Assembly (NCBI GenBank): GCA_036525185.1 | Contig: DATDAW010000002.1 | Location: forward strand, 72,856 to 136,855 | Length of the DNA stretch: 64,000 nt | Reading direction: 5' to 3' | Source: Chthoniobacterales bacterium | GTDB taxonomy: Bacteria; Verrucomicrobiota; Verrucomicrobiia; Chthoniobacterales; DASVRZ01 | Part shown: in pieces, positions 9,516 through 19,266 of the stretch | Layout of the letters: each line of letters starts with the position of its first letter | Position numbering within the stretch: the stretch's first letter is position 1 | Program-made: the position numbers and the translations under genes | Notes under the pieces: generated by a model | Databases searched by the model: none | What the model was told of the DNA's origin: nothing | Seen by the model: the letters and a program-made list of their open reading frames with translations, nothing else

Positions 9516-10789
9516 TCGCTCTTCTTTTCCACGGTGAATGTCTCGCCCGTGATCGTGTCCTTTAGGATGACCTGGGTCTCGCGCAGATCCAGCACCGTGT
9601 ATTTGCGACCTTTCTCCTGTGGCAGGGTGAAGTTTTGCCCGCGGTGAAGCTGGAATTCTTCGTCGGAAAACGGAAGCACCACCGTCGCGTAAGCCGTCGC
9701 GGATTGCGCGTCAATCCCGGGGACGAGCCGCAGCTTCTTGCCTTCGGCGTTCTCCAGGCTGACGACCGACGCATCGTAACGCTGACCATCCTTGTCTTCG
9801 CCTTCCGCTTTACGGATGGATGCGACGATCCAACCATCTCCCGCATCGGCGCCCTTGGAAATCGTTCGGGTTTCACCGGCAGCATTCGTGAGAATTGCTT
9901 CGGAGTCTTTGACCGAAACGAGCGTCAAGGGCGCTTTGCCGCTGTGAAATGCGACCCATTTTAACTGCGTGGCGTACGCGGGATGCGACGCTGGATCGAT
10001 GGGACTCGTGTCGGCAAGAAACTCGTCGCTGTTGCTAAAAAGGTCGCCGTCTGCGTCTTGCGAAATGACGCTGGGTAAATTGGGATCGAGGCCATATTTT
10101 TTCCACCAAGCTTCTTCCGGAGCGGCCTGGCCGGCTGAGGAATGGTTCTTAATGATCTGCTGAGCCATCGAATCTGGTGGAACAGGCGTGGGAGATGTTC
10201 CCGGAGAAGGACTTGAGCTCGGAACTCCCGCTTCTGATACCAGGGCGACAGCTTCGTTGAAGCCTTTAGCCATAGCTTGGTCTGCGGCAGTAGCGCCATT
10301 GTTGTCAGTGAGCGTCTTGTCTGCCCCGGCTTCAAGCAGGAGTTTGACCAGTGGGATGTTTCCAGCGCGGGCTGCGACCATGAGGGCTGTCGTGCCGTCG
10401 TCACCCTTGGTGTCGACTTCAGCGCCGTGTTCGAGCAGGACGCGGGCGATGTCTGGGGTGCCCTGAAGACTTGCGAGCAGCAAGGCGCGATTGAGATCCT
10501 CGCTGGAGCGATCCGCAAGTAGCTCGACGGCCTTCCTTTTACCTAGATAAACGGCCTTCAAAAAGGCTGTCCAGCCGTCGGAAGTCTTTGCGTTGACGTC
10601 AATTCCGGCTTCGAGAAAGAGCTGGATCGCTTTTTCATCCGGAGTGGTGGCAGCCCGGATGAAATCGTCCGTCGTAAAAGCATAATTCCGTTTCTTGAGA
10701 TCGTTTTTCGCGTCTTCAGGCGTGCGTTTGCAGCCTGAAAGCAGAACGGTGAAGCAGCAGAACAAGGCGAAAAAAAACCACGTTTTCAT
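9512..10789 (-). CDS. ankyrin-repeat lipoprotein with unrecognised C-terminal domain
   Basis: Signal peptide plus lipobox MKTWFFFALFCCFTVLLSGC. About 4 ankyrin repeats (DGWTAFLKAVYLGKRKAVELL; LLLASLQGTPDIARVLLEHGAEVD; DGTTALMVAARAGNIPLVKLLLEAGAD; NGATAADQAMAKG). PT-rich linker, then the DADGDLFSNSDEFLADTSPIDPASHP motif and about 170 aa of beta-rich sequence. Confidence 0.8.
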   Translation of the reverse strand: MKTWFFFALFCCFTVLLSGCKRTPEDAKNDLKKRNYAFTTDDFIRAATTPDEKAIQLFLEAGIDVNAKTSDGWTAFLKAVYLGKRKAVELLADRSSEDLNRALLLASLQGTPDIARVLLEHGAEVDTKGDDGTTALMVAARAGNIPLVKLLLEAGADKTLTDNNGATAADQAMAKGFNEAVALVSEAGVPSSSPSPGTSPTPVPPDSMAQQIIKNHSSAGQAAPEEAWWKKYGLDPNLPSVISQDADGDLFSNSDEFLADTSPIDPASHPAYATQLKWVAFHSGKAPLTLVSVKDSEAILTNAAGETRTISKGADAGDGWIVASIRKAEGEDKDGQRYDASVVSLENAEGKKLRLVPGIDAQSATAYATVVLPFSDEEFQLHRGQNFTLPQEKGRKYTVLDLRETQVILKDTITGETFTVEKKSE

Positions 10790-11454
10790 GAAATAACCCG
10801 TGCGATGACGAAACCGTCGTAACCTTTAAGGCCAACCGTCTGGATGGCTGTGGCCGAGACACGAGGCTCGGCGGCGAGCATCTCATTGAAACGCCGCACG
10901 CCCTGAACACTTTCGTCCGGGCTGTCGGGCTCAATGACGGCGCCGTTGCGCACGACATTATCGCCAATGATGAGCGTGCCGGCGTGAGAAAGCTTAAGGG
11001 CCCACTCCAGGTAGCCTGGGTAGTTGGCTTTGTCGGCGTCGATAAAAATCAAATCAAACGGCCCAAGACCTTCTGCAGCGAGTGCTGGGAGGGTTTCAAG
11101 AGCAGGTCCAAGGCGCAATTCGACGGTCTCCGTGAGTCCGGCATTGGCGATGTTAACGCGCGCAGTGGCCGCACATGCAGGATCGGCTTCGAGCGTTACG
11201 AGGTGTCCGCCCGCAGGCATGGCCCGCGCGAGCCAGATGGTGCTGTATCCACCCAAGGTGCCAATTTCCAAGATGTTACGCGCTCCTTGAATTTGAACAA
11301 GTAGCGACAGGAGTTTGCCTTGATTCGGAGCGACGCTGATGGCGGGAAGTCCCGCGGCGGCGCTGGCCATGAGTGCCGAATCCAGTGCCGTGTCCGGTGG
11401 GATCAGTAGATCGTTGATGTATTCGTCAACGGCGGTCCATTTTTCCTGATGCAT
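10786..11454 (-). CDS. class I SAM-dependent O-methyltransferase (family 3, caffeoyl-CoA OMT / TrmR-like)
   Basis: 222 aa; LEIGTLGGYSTIWLARA, FDLIFIDADKANYPGYLEW; stop overlaps ankyrin gene start by 4 nt. Confidence 0.85.
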   Translation of the reverse strand: MHQEKWTAVDEYINDLLIPPDTALDSALMASAAAGLPAISVAPNQGKLLSLLVQIQGARNILEIGTLGGYSTIWLARAMPAGGHLVTLEADPACAATARVNIANAGLTETVELRLGPALETLPALAAEGLGPFDLIFIDADKANYPGYLEWALKLSHAGTLIIGDNVVRNGAVIEPDSPDESVQGVRRFNEMLAAEPRVSATAIQTVGLKGYDGFVIARVIS

Positions 11455-11520
11455 ACGGAGTGCAAAGCTCTAAAAGAACGACGGGTCCGATCGCCGCAAC
11501 GACCAGGATAACCTCCTTAG

Positions 11521-13521
11521 CTATGCGAAAGCATCGAAATCCGATCCGGTGCCGAGCTTTTTGCGTAGACGAAGGACATGGGCAGGCTTGGAATCCGGGT
11601 CGAGTTTAACGAATTGGCGGCGTCCTTTCCAAAGGTAACGCTCGCCGGTAAGCAAATCCTCAGCGAGAAACGCTTCGTCAGGCGCAATGCCGAATTGATC
11701 CAGCGGCACGTCGACGAAGCCGAGCTGAGACAGATAGGGGTCGAGATTGACGATAATAAGGATAGAGTTATCCCCGGCGGTTGTTGTTTTCGCGTAGGCG
11801 ATGAGCTGTTCGTTATCAACGTCTACAAACTGCAAATTATCGTATATCTGCAACGCGCGGTTTGACTTACGAATGATGTTCAGGCGTGTGATTAGGTCTT
11901 TGATATTGCCAGGTTTGTTCCAATCACGCTCTTTCCATTGGTACTTCTCGGATTCGATGTATTCTTCGCGCCCTGGAATGGCCGCGTTTTCACACAGCTC
12001 GAACCCGCTGTAGATGCCGTAAACTGGCGACAAAGTCGTTGCGAGCACCGCGCGGATCTTAAAAATCGCGCGTCCACCCTGTTGCAGATGGAAGGGCAAA
12101 ATATCCGGCGTATTCGGCCAGAGATTGGCCCGGAAACAATGCCGCATGTCGGTTTTTGTGAGCTCGTTGAAATACTCCGTCAATTCCCATTTGGAGACAC
12201 GCCATGTAAAATAGGTGTAACTCTGCGTAAATCCTGCTTTGGCAAGGGCTTTCATCATTTTCGGCTTGGTAAAAGCTTCGCTGAGAAAGATGGCATCGGG
12301 AAACTGATTCCTCACTTCGCGGATGAGGTATTCCCAGAAAGCGACGGGTTTCGTGTGCGGATTGTCGACGCGGAAAATGCGCACTCTTTGCTCGCACCAG
12401 AAAAGAATGATATCCCGCATTTCCTGCCAGAGGGATCTCCAGTCGTCGCAATGAAAGTTCAGCGGAAAAACGTCCTGGTATTTTTTCGGCGGGTTCTCTG
12501 CGTATTTGATGGTGCCGTCAGGCCGCTTGAAAAACCAGTCCGGGTGATCAGCGACATACGGGTGATCTGGGGAACAGTTGATGGCGAAGTCGATGGCAAT
12601 CTCCATGCCGCGGGCGTGGATTTCGTCGGTGAGCCAGGCGAAATCCTCGAGAGTGCCAAGCTCAGGAGCGACGTCCTTGTGGCCGCCTCCATTGGGACAG
12701 CCCTGGTGGCGATTGCCGATGGCATACGGGACGCCTGGATCGCCGGGCTCGCAGGTGGTCGAGTTATTTTTGCCTTTTCGATTCGAGGCGCCGATGGGGT
12801 GGATTGGCGGAAAATAAATGACATCGAAGCCCATCGCTTTGGCGTCATCCACACGAGGCAAACAATCGCGAAAAGTGGAGCCTTTGTCGCCGCGGCCTTC
12901 GGCGCTACGGGGGAAGAACTCATACCACGCCGCGAAAACCGCCTCCTTTCGGTCGACCGTGACGCCGAGGTAAGGCGTCGCTTCCGTGGCGAGCGACCGG
13001 TCTTGATAGTAGTGCATCAGGGCCACGAGTTCGGCCTCGAAGATGATGCTGTAAACGCCTTCGGGATCGCTTTCTCGGATTCGTTGGGCGTACGTTTTGA
13101 GGAGCTTTTTATCAGCCGGAAGCCGGGCGCGTTTTCCCGCGCCCTCGACGATTGCGGAGCCTTCAAGCGTTTCGCTAATCAGCGGTGAAACCTCTGCTTT
13201 GAATTTGGTCTCGAATTCGTGTTGCCAGGAGTGGAAATGGTCGGTCCACGCCTCGATGGTAACTTCGTAGTCGGCATTCTCAGTGAAGGAACACGTGCCT
13301 TCCCAACGATCATTGACGAGCGGCGTCATGGGCGTTTCGGCCCATCTCCGGCCGCCCACTTTGCGCCATTTCAACACGGCGGTAACGATGTCGTGACCGT
13401 CGCGAAAAATATCTGCTGAGAAGGTGAGATCGTCGCCTGCGACGCATTTGAGAGGATAACGCCCGCCGTCGAGAAGCGGGGAAATGTTTTCGATGATTAC
13501 TGTGGGGCGGGCGGAAAGCAT
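11521..13521 (-). CDS. glgE: alpha-1,4-glucan:maltose-1-phosphate maltosyltransferase
   Basis: ORF 11521..13542 (TTG); ATG at 13521 gives MLSARPTVIIENISPLLDGGRYPLK; DIFRDGHDIV, GFDVIYFPPIHPIG, NRKGKNN, FRVDNPHTKP typical of GlgE. Confidence 0.85.
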   Translation of the reverse strand: MLSARPTVIIENISPLLDGGRYPLKCVAGDDLTFSADIFRDGHDIVTAVLKWRKVGGRRWAETPMTPLVNDRWEGTCSFTENADYEVTIEAWTDHFHSWQHEFETKFKAEVSPLISETLEGSAIVEGAGKRARLPADKKLLKTYAQRIRESDPEGVYSIIFEAELVALMHYYQDRSLATEATPYLGVTVDRKEAVFAAWYEFFPRSAEGRGDKGSTFRDCLPRVDDAKAMGFDVIYFPPIHPIGASNRKGKNNSTTCEPGDPGVPYAIGNRHQGCPNGGGHKDVAPELGTLEDFAWLTDEIHARGMEIAIDFAINCSPDHPYVADHPDWFFKRPDGTIKYAENPPKKYQDVFPLNFHCDDWRSLWQEMRDIILFWCEQRVRIFRVDNPHTKPVAFWEYLIREVRNQFPDAIFLSEAFTKPKMMKALAKAGFTQSYTYFTWRVSKWELTEYFNELTKTDMRHCFRANLWPNTPDILPFHLQQGGRAIFKIRAVLATTLSPVYGIYSGFELCENAAIPGREEYIESEKYQWKERDWNKPGNIKDLITRLNIIRKSNRALQIYDNLQFVDVDNEQLIAYAKTTTAGDNSILIIVNLDPYLSQLGFVDVPLDQFGIAPDEAFLAEDLLTGERYLWKGRRQFVKLDPDSKPAHVLRLRKKLGTGSDFDAFA

Positions 13522-13677
13522 AAGAGGGTAGATAGTATCCAAGCAGGGGCCTACCGATGGAGCAAGGCTAAGAAAAGGCGTTTAGCTAATTTCGACGAGG
13601 AAAATGATTCGGGGCGTTTTCGATAGCATAAACGACCTGGGGGACTCTCGTAGCAGCGAGAGATCGATGCCTCAGTG

Positions 13678-14520
13678 TTAACCGATGCCGTGGATGGAAA
13701 TTTTGCGGGTGTTGGCTTCTGCGATGACTTTTTTTCCTTCCAAAAGCAACGTCTTGCCCGTCTCCACGCCGATCGCCAGGATGCCGGCTTCGGTCGCGGT
13801 TTCGAGGGTTTGTACGCCGATAACTGGCACGTCGAAACGAAAATCCTGCTTTGGCTTGGACACTTTGACCATCACAGCCGCGCCACGACCGAGTTTGCCG
13901 CCGCGAAGGATCGCTTCGTTGGTGCCTTCGAAGGCCTCGACCGCCAGCACGGTTCCGTTGCGGACCACGACGGTTTGCCCGATGTCGAGCCGGCTCGTTT
14001 CTTTCGCGATGCGATATCCGAATTCCAAATCCTCGATAACACGTCTTTTCACCGCCGGCCCGCCGATGTGGCCTGCCGAAGCAAGATCTTGCTCCAGGAA
14101 CGTCGTGGCCGGTAGCAATGTGATGCCGTCCTTTGCCAGTTCGTCAGCGATTCCGCCGAAAAGGCTTTCCGCGTTGCGTTCCTTGATCCGACCGAGCAAC
14201 AGCAACGTCCGAAAGTCCGGGCGCAGATCGAACAAATTCCTGGGTGCGATCTGACCGGCCATAATGGCTTCTTTGACGCCGCACTTTTTAAAAAACGCGA
14301 TCAACTTTCCCAATTGCCCCACGCGCAACCAGGCGATGGAATCCACCAACGCGGCTAGATCGGGCCGGGTTTCGTTGTCGAAGGCTGCTACGTGCACCCG
14401 CACGACGCCAGCCGCCCGAGCGTTGCGCGCGAGTTCGAGCGGGTAAACGCCGTTGCCTGCAATGATGCCGAGCGAGTCGATCACGGGGCTATTTAAGAAC
14501 ACACTGCGCTCAAGAGCCAA
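13678..14520 (-). CDS. lpxI: LpxI-family UDP-2,3-diacylglucosamine hydrolase (DUF1009)
   Basis: 280 aa, TTG start; LGIIAGNGVYPL, IMAGQI, RLDIGQTVVVRNGTVLAVEAFEGTNEAILRGG, FDVPVIG. Confidence 0.75.
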   Translation of the reverse strand: MALERSVFLNSPVIDSLGIIAGNGVYPLELARNARAAGVVRVHVAAFDNETRPDLAALVDSIAWLRVGQLGKLIAFFKKCGVKEAIMAGQIAPRNLFDLRPDFRTLLLLGRIKERNAESLFGGIADELAKDGITLLPATTFLEQDLASAGHIGGPAVKRRVIEDLEFGYRIAKETSRLDIGQTVVVRNGTVLAVEAFEGTNEAILRGGKLGRGAAVMVKVSKPKQDFRFDVPVIGVQTLETATEAGILAIGVETGKTLLLEGKKVIAEANTRKISIHGIG

Positions 14521-14627
14521 TATGAACCTGTTCGATCGGCGTTGTTTGTGTCATTGAGAGCAGCTCGAACTTCCGGCTGGAGTTGTGCGCTTGCGGGTTT
14601 CGAGATTTCCATTTTCATTTTTCAATC

Positions 14628-15743
14628 ATGACCGATCCTCGCTTTTCCAAGCTCGCCACGTTGCTGGTGACGTATTCCACCAAACTTCAACCTGGTGAAA
14701 AATTGCTCATCGACGCATTCGATATCCCGGAGGAAATGGTCATCGCGCTCATTCGGGCCGCGCGGACGGCAGGTGCGTTGCCGTTTGTGCAGATCAATCG
14801 GGCCGTCGTTACGCGAGAGCTCATGCGCGAGGCGAATGAAGCGCAATACGATCTGCTTTCCGAAATCGAACTTGCCCGGATGAAACGGATGGACGCCTAC
14901 ATTGCTTTGCGCGGCAGCAACAACATCACCGAGCTATCGGATGTGCCGACGGATCGCATGAAGCTGGCGATGAAAAGCCTCAAGCCGGTGCTCGATCACC
15001 GTGTGAAAAAGACGAAATGGTGTGTCCTGCGTTGGCCGACGCCGTCGATGGCGCAACAGGCCGGAATGAGTACCGAGGCGTTCGAAGACTTTTTCTTCAC
15101 GGTTTGCACCCTGGATTACGCGAAGATGGAACCTGGGATGGAAGCGCTCAAAAAATTGATGGATGCCACGGACGCCGTCCACATCAAAGGGCCGAAAACG
15201 GATTTGCGCTTCAGCATAAAGGGTGTTGGCGGAATCATTTGTGGCGGATCGCACAACATTCCCGACGGCGAGGTCTTTTCATGCCCGGTCCGGGCCTCGG
15301 TGGAGGGCTACGTGCATTTCAACGCGCCGACGATTTATCAAGGGGGCGGGTTTGACGACATCACATTGCGTTTTTCGAAAGGGAAAGTGGTCGAGGCTAC
15401 GGGCAACAACCCGGAGAAAATCAACGCCATCCTCGATTCCGACGAAGGCGCCCGGTACATCGGCGAGTTTTCGCTCGGGTTTAATCCGCACATCTTGCAG
15501 CCGATGCGCGACATCTTGTTCGACGAGAAAATCAGTGGATCGTTCCACTTCACGCCTGGCCAGGCCTACGAACAGGCGGACAATGGCAATCGTTCGCAGG
15601 TGCACTGGGATCTGGTAAGCATTCAGCGACCGGATTACGGCGGCGGCGAGGTATGGTTCGACGGGAAATTGATCCGCAAAGACGGCTTGTTCGTTGAGCC
15701 CTCCCTGGTGGGGTTGAATCCGGAAAATTTGATCAACGCCTGA
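14628..15743 (+). CDS. M29-family aminopeptidase (AmpS/PepS/aminopeptidase T type)
   Basis: ORF 14583..15743; start ATG 14628 ([17 protein letters not shown]); [26 protein letters not shown]. Confidence 0.85.
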   Translation: MTDPRFSKLATLLVTYSTKLQPGEKLLIDAFDIPEEMVIALIRAARTAGALPFVQINRAVVTRELMREANEAQYDLLSEIELARMKRMDAYIALRGSNNITELSDVPTDRMKLAMKSLKPVLDHRVKKTKWCVLRWPTPSMAQQAGMSTEAFEDFFFTVCTLDYAKMEPGMEALKKLMDATDAVHIKGPKTDLRFSIKGVGGIICGGSHNIPDGEVFSCPVRASVEGYVHFNAPTIYQGGGFDDITLRFSKGKVVEATGNNPEKINAILDSDEGARYIGEFSLGFNPHILQPMRDILFDEKISGSFHFTPGQAYEQADNGNRSQVHWDLVSIQRPDYGGGEVWFDGKLIRKDGLFVEPSLVGLNPENLINA

Positions 15744-17065
15744 TGAAACAGAGCCTTCGAGGGAGTGTAGATATCGTTACGTTAATGAATTGCGGTTTGG
15801 CTCGTGTGTTTGGCGGGCTGCGAGGGGTGGTTTTTTGCCTGTGCCTTTTTGCCGCCGCGGCTTTTGCCGGGCAACCGAAAGGCGTTGTTCTGGTAATTGC
15901 TGACGGGACGTCGATGGAACTCATTACCGCGACACGGATTTACAAGAACGGTGCCAATTCGCGACTGAGCTTCGAAACGATGCCACACACGGCGTTTGTC
16001 CGGACGGTTTCCGCGGATGGTATGATCACGGATTCCGGTGCGGGTGCCACGGCAATGGCACGCGGTTTCAAGGCGCTCAATACGGTTGTTGGAGCCGCCG
16101 CGCCGGGACAACCTTCGCAGCCGAGCATTCTTGATCTGGCGAAAAAAGCGGGCTGGAACACTGGGGTCATAAGCGACGACTCGGTCACGGGCGCCACTCC
16201 GAGCTCGTTCGTGATCGAGCATCCGAACCGACGCGAAGAATATGTCATTGCGAACAAGGAAATTCGCGCACTCGGGAAAAACCTGGATTTTCTTTTCGGT
16301 GGTGGTTCTCGATTTTTCGAAGGCGAATTCTCGACGGACGGAAAAGAGGCGAAATTTGCGCCCGTTTTCGAGGAAACAAAGCAACTTTTGGGAGCATCGA
16401 ACATTCGCTATTTCAATTCCTGGGACAAATTCGTCGCCGAGAAGCCGAAAGATCTAAGCCGGCCCATCCTGGGCGTTTTCCATCCGAACGTTTTTCCCTA
16501 CATCGCCGATGGACCGCGCAAACCCGCGCTGGAAGACATGGTGCGCGAAGGACTTACGCTGCTCCAAAACGCTGGGAAACCGTATATATTCATTATCGAA
16601 GCCGGTCTGCCGGACAAAGCTGCCCATCAGAATCAGGCCAAACGCGCAATGGAAGAAGTGCTCGTTTTCGAGCGGACGTTGGAGTTTTTGCGCCAGAACG
16701 TTGGCCCGGACGTTCTGCTTCTGGCAACGACAGACCACGAAACGGGTGGCTTGGCGATCAGTCCTGGTCAGCCGGTTTCGGCAAAAGGCGACCAGTTGCT
16801 TAAACCGAGCCCGATTACAAAAATTCCTGTTCTCACATGGGCTACGGGGCCGGGCGGGGGCGATCCATCCGTGACGCCGACGCCGGTCGCCAATGTCGAT
16901 CCGCTGGCTCCATCCGCGATGCAGCCTGCACTGCTGAAAACGGGTGCTGCATTTCACTCCGGCGGTGACGTCTGGATGCTCGGCGAGGGGCCTGGTAGCG
17001 AAAAAGTAACAGGCTTTCTGGACAATACCGACACGTTCAAGATCATGGCCGCTGCGATCAAGTAA
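15743..17065 (+). CDS. alkaline phosphatase (PhoA family), secreted
   Basis: 440 aa; ATG shares 1 nt with upstream TGA; VLVIADGTSMELITATR, active-site TDSGAGATA, TTDHETGG. Confidence 0.8.
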   Translation: MKQSLRGSVDIVTLMNCGLARVFGGLRGVVFCLCLFAAAAFAGQPKGVVLVIADGTSMELITATRIYKNGANSRLSFETMPHTAFVRTVSADGMITDSGAGATAMARGFKALNTVVGAAAPGQPSQPSILDLAKKAGWNTGVISDDSVTGATPSSFVIEHPNRREEYVIANKEIRALGKNLDFLFGGGSRFFEGEFSTDGKEAKFAPVFEETKQLLGASNIRYFNSWDKFVAEKPKDLSRPILGVFHPNVFPYIADGPRKPALEDMVREGLTLLQNAGKPYIFIIEAGLPDKAAHQNQAKRAMEEVLVFERTLEFLRQNVGPDVLLLATTDHETGGLAISPGQPVSAKGDQLLKPSPITKIPVLTWATGPGGGDPSVTPTPVANVDPLAPSAMQPALLKTGAAFHSGGDVWMLGEGPGSEKVTGFLDNTDTFKIMAAAIK

Positions 17066-17147
17066 CGCGAGTTACTTGAATTACCGAGCGTACTCCGCAG
17101 ATCATCCTTCGGGTTTGGCCAACGAGTTGTTTCGAGAACGGACTTAT

Positions 17148-17882
17148 CTAGTCTTTTACGGAGACGAGATTTGCGATGGATGAAATCGTCGATTCTTTGA
17201 TGCCTTTCACGCGGGCAAGGTCTTCCACACGCGAGTACGGGCGCGATTGAATGATACGCGTCGCGAGGACCTTTCCAATATTTGGCAGGCTCTCCAGTTC
17301 CTTCTGAGTCGCCGTGTTGAGGTTGATGCTCGCCGTGTTAGTTCCCCGGACAGGTACGCTCCAACCGCCGAGGCGCTGAAATTTGGCCGTGTTTTCGAGC
17401 CGCTTCAGATGCCGCCATTCTGCTTCGACGTGGCGTCCGCCGGGACGTCTGGCTGAAGCGCCATACACGCGCGCGAGGCCGTTGCCGACAAGCGATTCGG
17501 CGAGATCTGTAGTGCTCGTATCGGGAATGACGAACCCGAAATAGCGCGGCTCGAAGCTGTTTCCTCGGGCATCCTCGAAACGGGTCACCACTGTGAACGG
17601 GCGGGTGAGCACCTTTCGGGAGAAAGCCGTCGCCTTTTGGCCCAGTTCGATCGTTTTCGATGGCGTCAGCTTCCAGTAAGAGGCCTGCTCCTTTAGGCGG
17701 CTGGGAAAACTCTCGTCTGTCTCCGGGCAATCGACGAAATACAGCCGGATGATGTGTTCGTTCGCGCCGGACCGGATGTGAAAGCTGTCGCCGTCGCCGT
17801 ACGCTTCTGCTTCCAACCGGCAATTTCTCAGCGTCGTCCACTCATCCGCCCGCACAGGGGCAGCGAACGAGACGAACGCCAA
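17148..17882 (-). CDS. secreted thermonuclease (SNase)-like domain fused to a ComEA-type helix-hairpin-helix DNA-binding domain
   Basis: GDGDSFHI...IIRLYFVDCPE...GLARVYG parallels staphylococcal nuclease DGDT/RLLLVDTPE/GLAKV; C-terminus INLNTATQKELESLPNIGKVLATRIIQSRPY is ComEA HhH. True start probably upstream of TTG 17882 (see findings). Confidence 0.75.
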   Translation of the reverse strand: MAFVSFAAPVRADEWTTLRNCRLEAEAYGDGDSFHIRSGANEHIIRLYFVDCPETDESFPSRLKEQASYWKLTPSKTIELGQKATAFSRKVLTRPFTVVTRFEDARGNSFEPRYFGFVIPDTSTTDLAESLVGNGLARVYGASARRPGGRHVEAEWRHLKRLENTAKFQRLGGWSVPVRGTNTASINLNTATQKELESLPNIGKVLATRIIQSRPYSRVEDLARVKGIKESTISSIANLVSVKD

Positions 17883-17932
17883 AGCGGCGAGGATCAGTGA
17901 TAGGAAACGGAGGGAAACGGCTTTGATAACGG

Positions 17933-18559
17933 CTAGATCGTGTCGATAAAATTCTTCAGAATCCGGAGGCCATTTGCCTGGCTTTTCTCCGGGTGAAATT
18001 GGACGGCGTGGACGTTTCCCTGCGAGACAGCGGCAGCGAAATCCTCGCCGTAAGTGGCTTCAGCGCTGATGATAGCGCGATCTGCCGGAGCTGGGAAGTA
18101 CGAGTGAACGAAGAAAACAAACGGTTTTTCGGGCAGTCCCACCCAAAGGGGGCCTGGCCGAATCGAGAGAGTGTTCCAGCCGATTTGCGGGATCTTGATA
18201 CCGGGAGTGGAAAAGCGCTTCACGATTCCTTTGAAAAAACCGAGGCCCTCGACACCTGGCGTCTCCTCGCTGCCCTCAAACAACAGTTGGTATCCAACGC
18301 AGATCCCAAGAAATGGCCGCCCGGAAGCGAGCCAATCCTGGACAGGCTGCCATAAACCGCGCCTGCGCAGATTCGCCGCGCAATCGCCAAATGCCCCGAC
18401 GCCGGGTAAGACGACTGCGGACGCTGCGTCGAGTCCGGCGGGGTTGGCGGTGAGACGAACGTCACAACCGATCTTTTCCAGAGCCTTGCTGACGCTGCGC
18501 AAGTTGCCGCTGCCGTAGTCCAGCAAAGCGATGGTGGTTGCACTTTTACCTTCCATCAC
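17933..18559 (-). CDS. hisH: imidazole glycerol phosphate synthase, glutaminase subunit
   Basis: [33 protein letters not shown] (Cys nucleophile), VQFHPEKS. Confidence 0.9.
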   Translation of the reverse strand: MMEGKSATTIALLDYGSGNLRSVSKALEKIGCDVRLTANPAGLDAASAVVLPGVGAFGDCAANLRRRGLWQPVQDWLASGRPFLGICVGYQLLFEGSEETPGVEGLGFFKGIVKRFSTPGIKIPQIGWNTLSIRPGPLWVGLPEKPFVFFVHSYFPAPADRAIISAEATYGEDFAAAVSQGNVHAVQFHPEKSQANGLRILKNFIDTI

Positions 18560-19146
18560 AGTGAACCTTTCGTGCTGGGCACGCCGGTGACGCGCGGGTC
18601 GATTTGCGTGGCGGTGTCGAGAGCGCGTGCGAGACCCTTAAAAAGCGCCTCGGCCATATGATGGGAATCGCGCCCATAAAGAATCTCAGCGTGCAGATTG
18701 GCGCCGGCATGCACGGAAAATCCCCGAAAGAATTCCTCTACCAATTGGAACGGGAACTTTCCGCCGATGGCGTCCGCATGTTGTGGAGCGCGATACTCCA
18801 GGAAAGGACGTCCGCTGAGGTCGAGAACGACGCGAGCAAGTGTCTCATCCATTGGTAGATAAGCCCAGCCGTAACGGCGGATACCGGTCTTTTCTCCCAA
18901 CGCTTTTGCGACAGCCTGGCCGAGCGTAATGCCAGTGTCTTCGACCGTGTGATGGAAATCGACTTCGATGTCGCCTTTGGCTGCCACGGCCAGGTCGGAC
19001 AAACTGTGTTTCGCGAACAGATTCAGCATGTGATCCAGAAACGGAATGCCTGTGGTGATATCGGCCTTGCCGGTGCCGTCGAGATTTAGTTCAAGCTGAA
19101 TGCTGGTTTCGGATGTCGTTCGGGAAATGGTGGCGCTACGGCTCAT
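18556..19146 (-). CDS. hisB: imidazoleglycerol-phosphate dehydratase
   Basis: ORF 18556..19239; family N-terminus [24 protein letters not shown] starts at ATG rc 19144-19146; [19 protein letters not shown]; stop overlaps hisH start. Confidence 0.9.
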   Translation of the reverse strand: MSRSATISRTTSETSIQLELNLDGTGKADITTGIPFLDHMLNLFAKHSLSDLAVAAKGDIEVDFHHTVEDTGITLGQAVAKALGEKTGIRRYGWAYLPMDETLARVVLDLSGRPFLEYRAPQHADAIGGKFPFQLVEEFFRGFSVHAGANLHAEILYGRDSHHMAEALFKGLARALDTATQIDPRVTGVPSTKGSL

Positions 19147-19162
19147 GGGAACCGGAGAGTAA

Positions 19163-19197
19163 ACCTGAAATTTGAAACCTGAAATCTGAAATCTGAA
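19163..19197 (-). repeat. five tandem 7-bp repeats TTCAGRT/TTCAAAT in the hisB leader
   Basis: Plus strand reads ACCTGAA ATTTGAA ACCTGAA ATCTGAA ATCTGAA; on the hisB strand TTCAGAT TTCAGAT TTCAGGT TTCAAAT TTCAGGT, ending 16 nt before the hisB ATG. Confidence 0.9.
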
Positions 19198-19266
19198 GCA
19201 AGTAGCCGAAGTTACACGCTTTGGAGAAAGCTGTTTCACGACGGCCGCGGGGGGAATTTTCTCTTG

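Noticed and set aside
11938-13188. Very long ORFs antisense to real genes. Examples: 11938..13188 (416 aa, opposite glgE), 40166..41182 (opposite rsmH), 62169..63155 (opposite pnp), 54887..55750, 56127..56981, 57114..57959, 60023..60841, 4292..5077, 31745..32461, 19636..20379.
   Set aside because: Their translations are low-complexity and R/G/A/D-rich, with no recognisable motifs. The opposite strand in each case encodes an unmistakable conserved protein. These are typical shadow ORFs of GC-rich, codon-biased genes.
19163-19197. CRISPR array or other long-period repeat array.
   Set aside because: The only tandem array is 5 x 7 bp without spacers. I saw no 25-40 bp direct repeats at regular spacing anywhere, and no cas genes.
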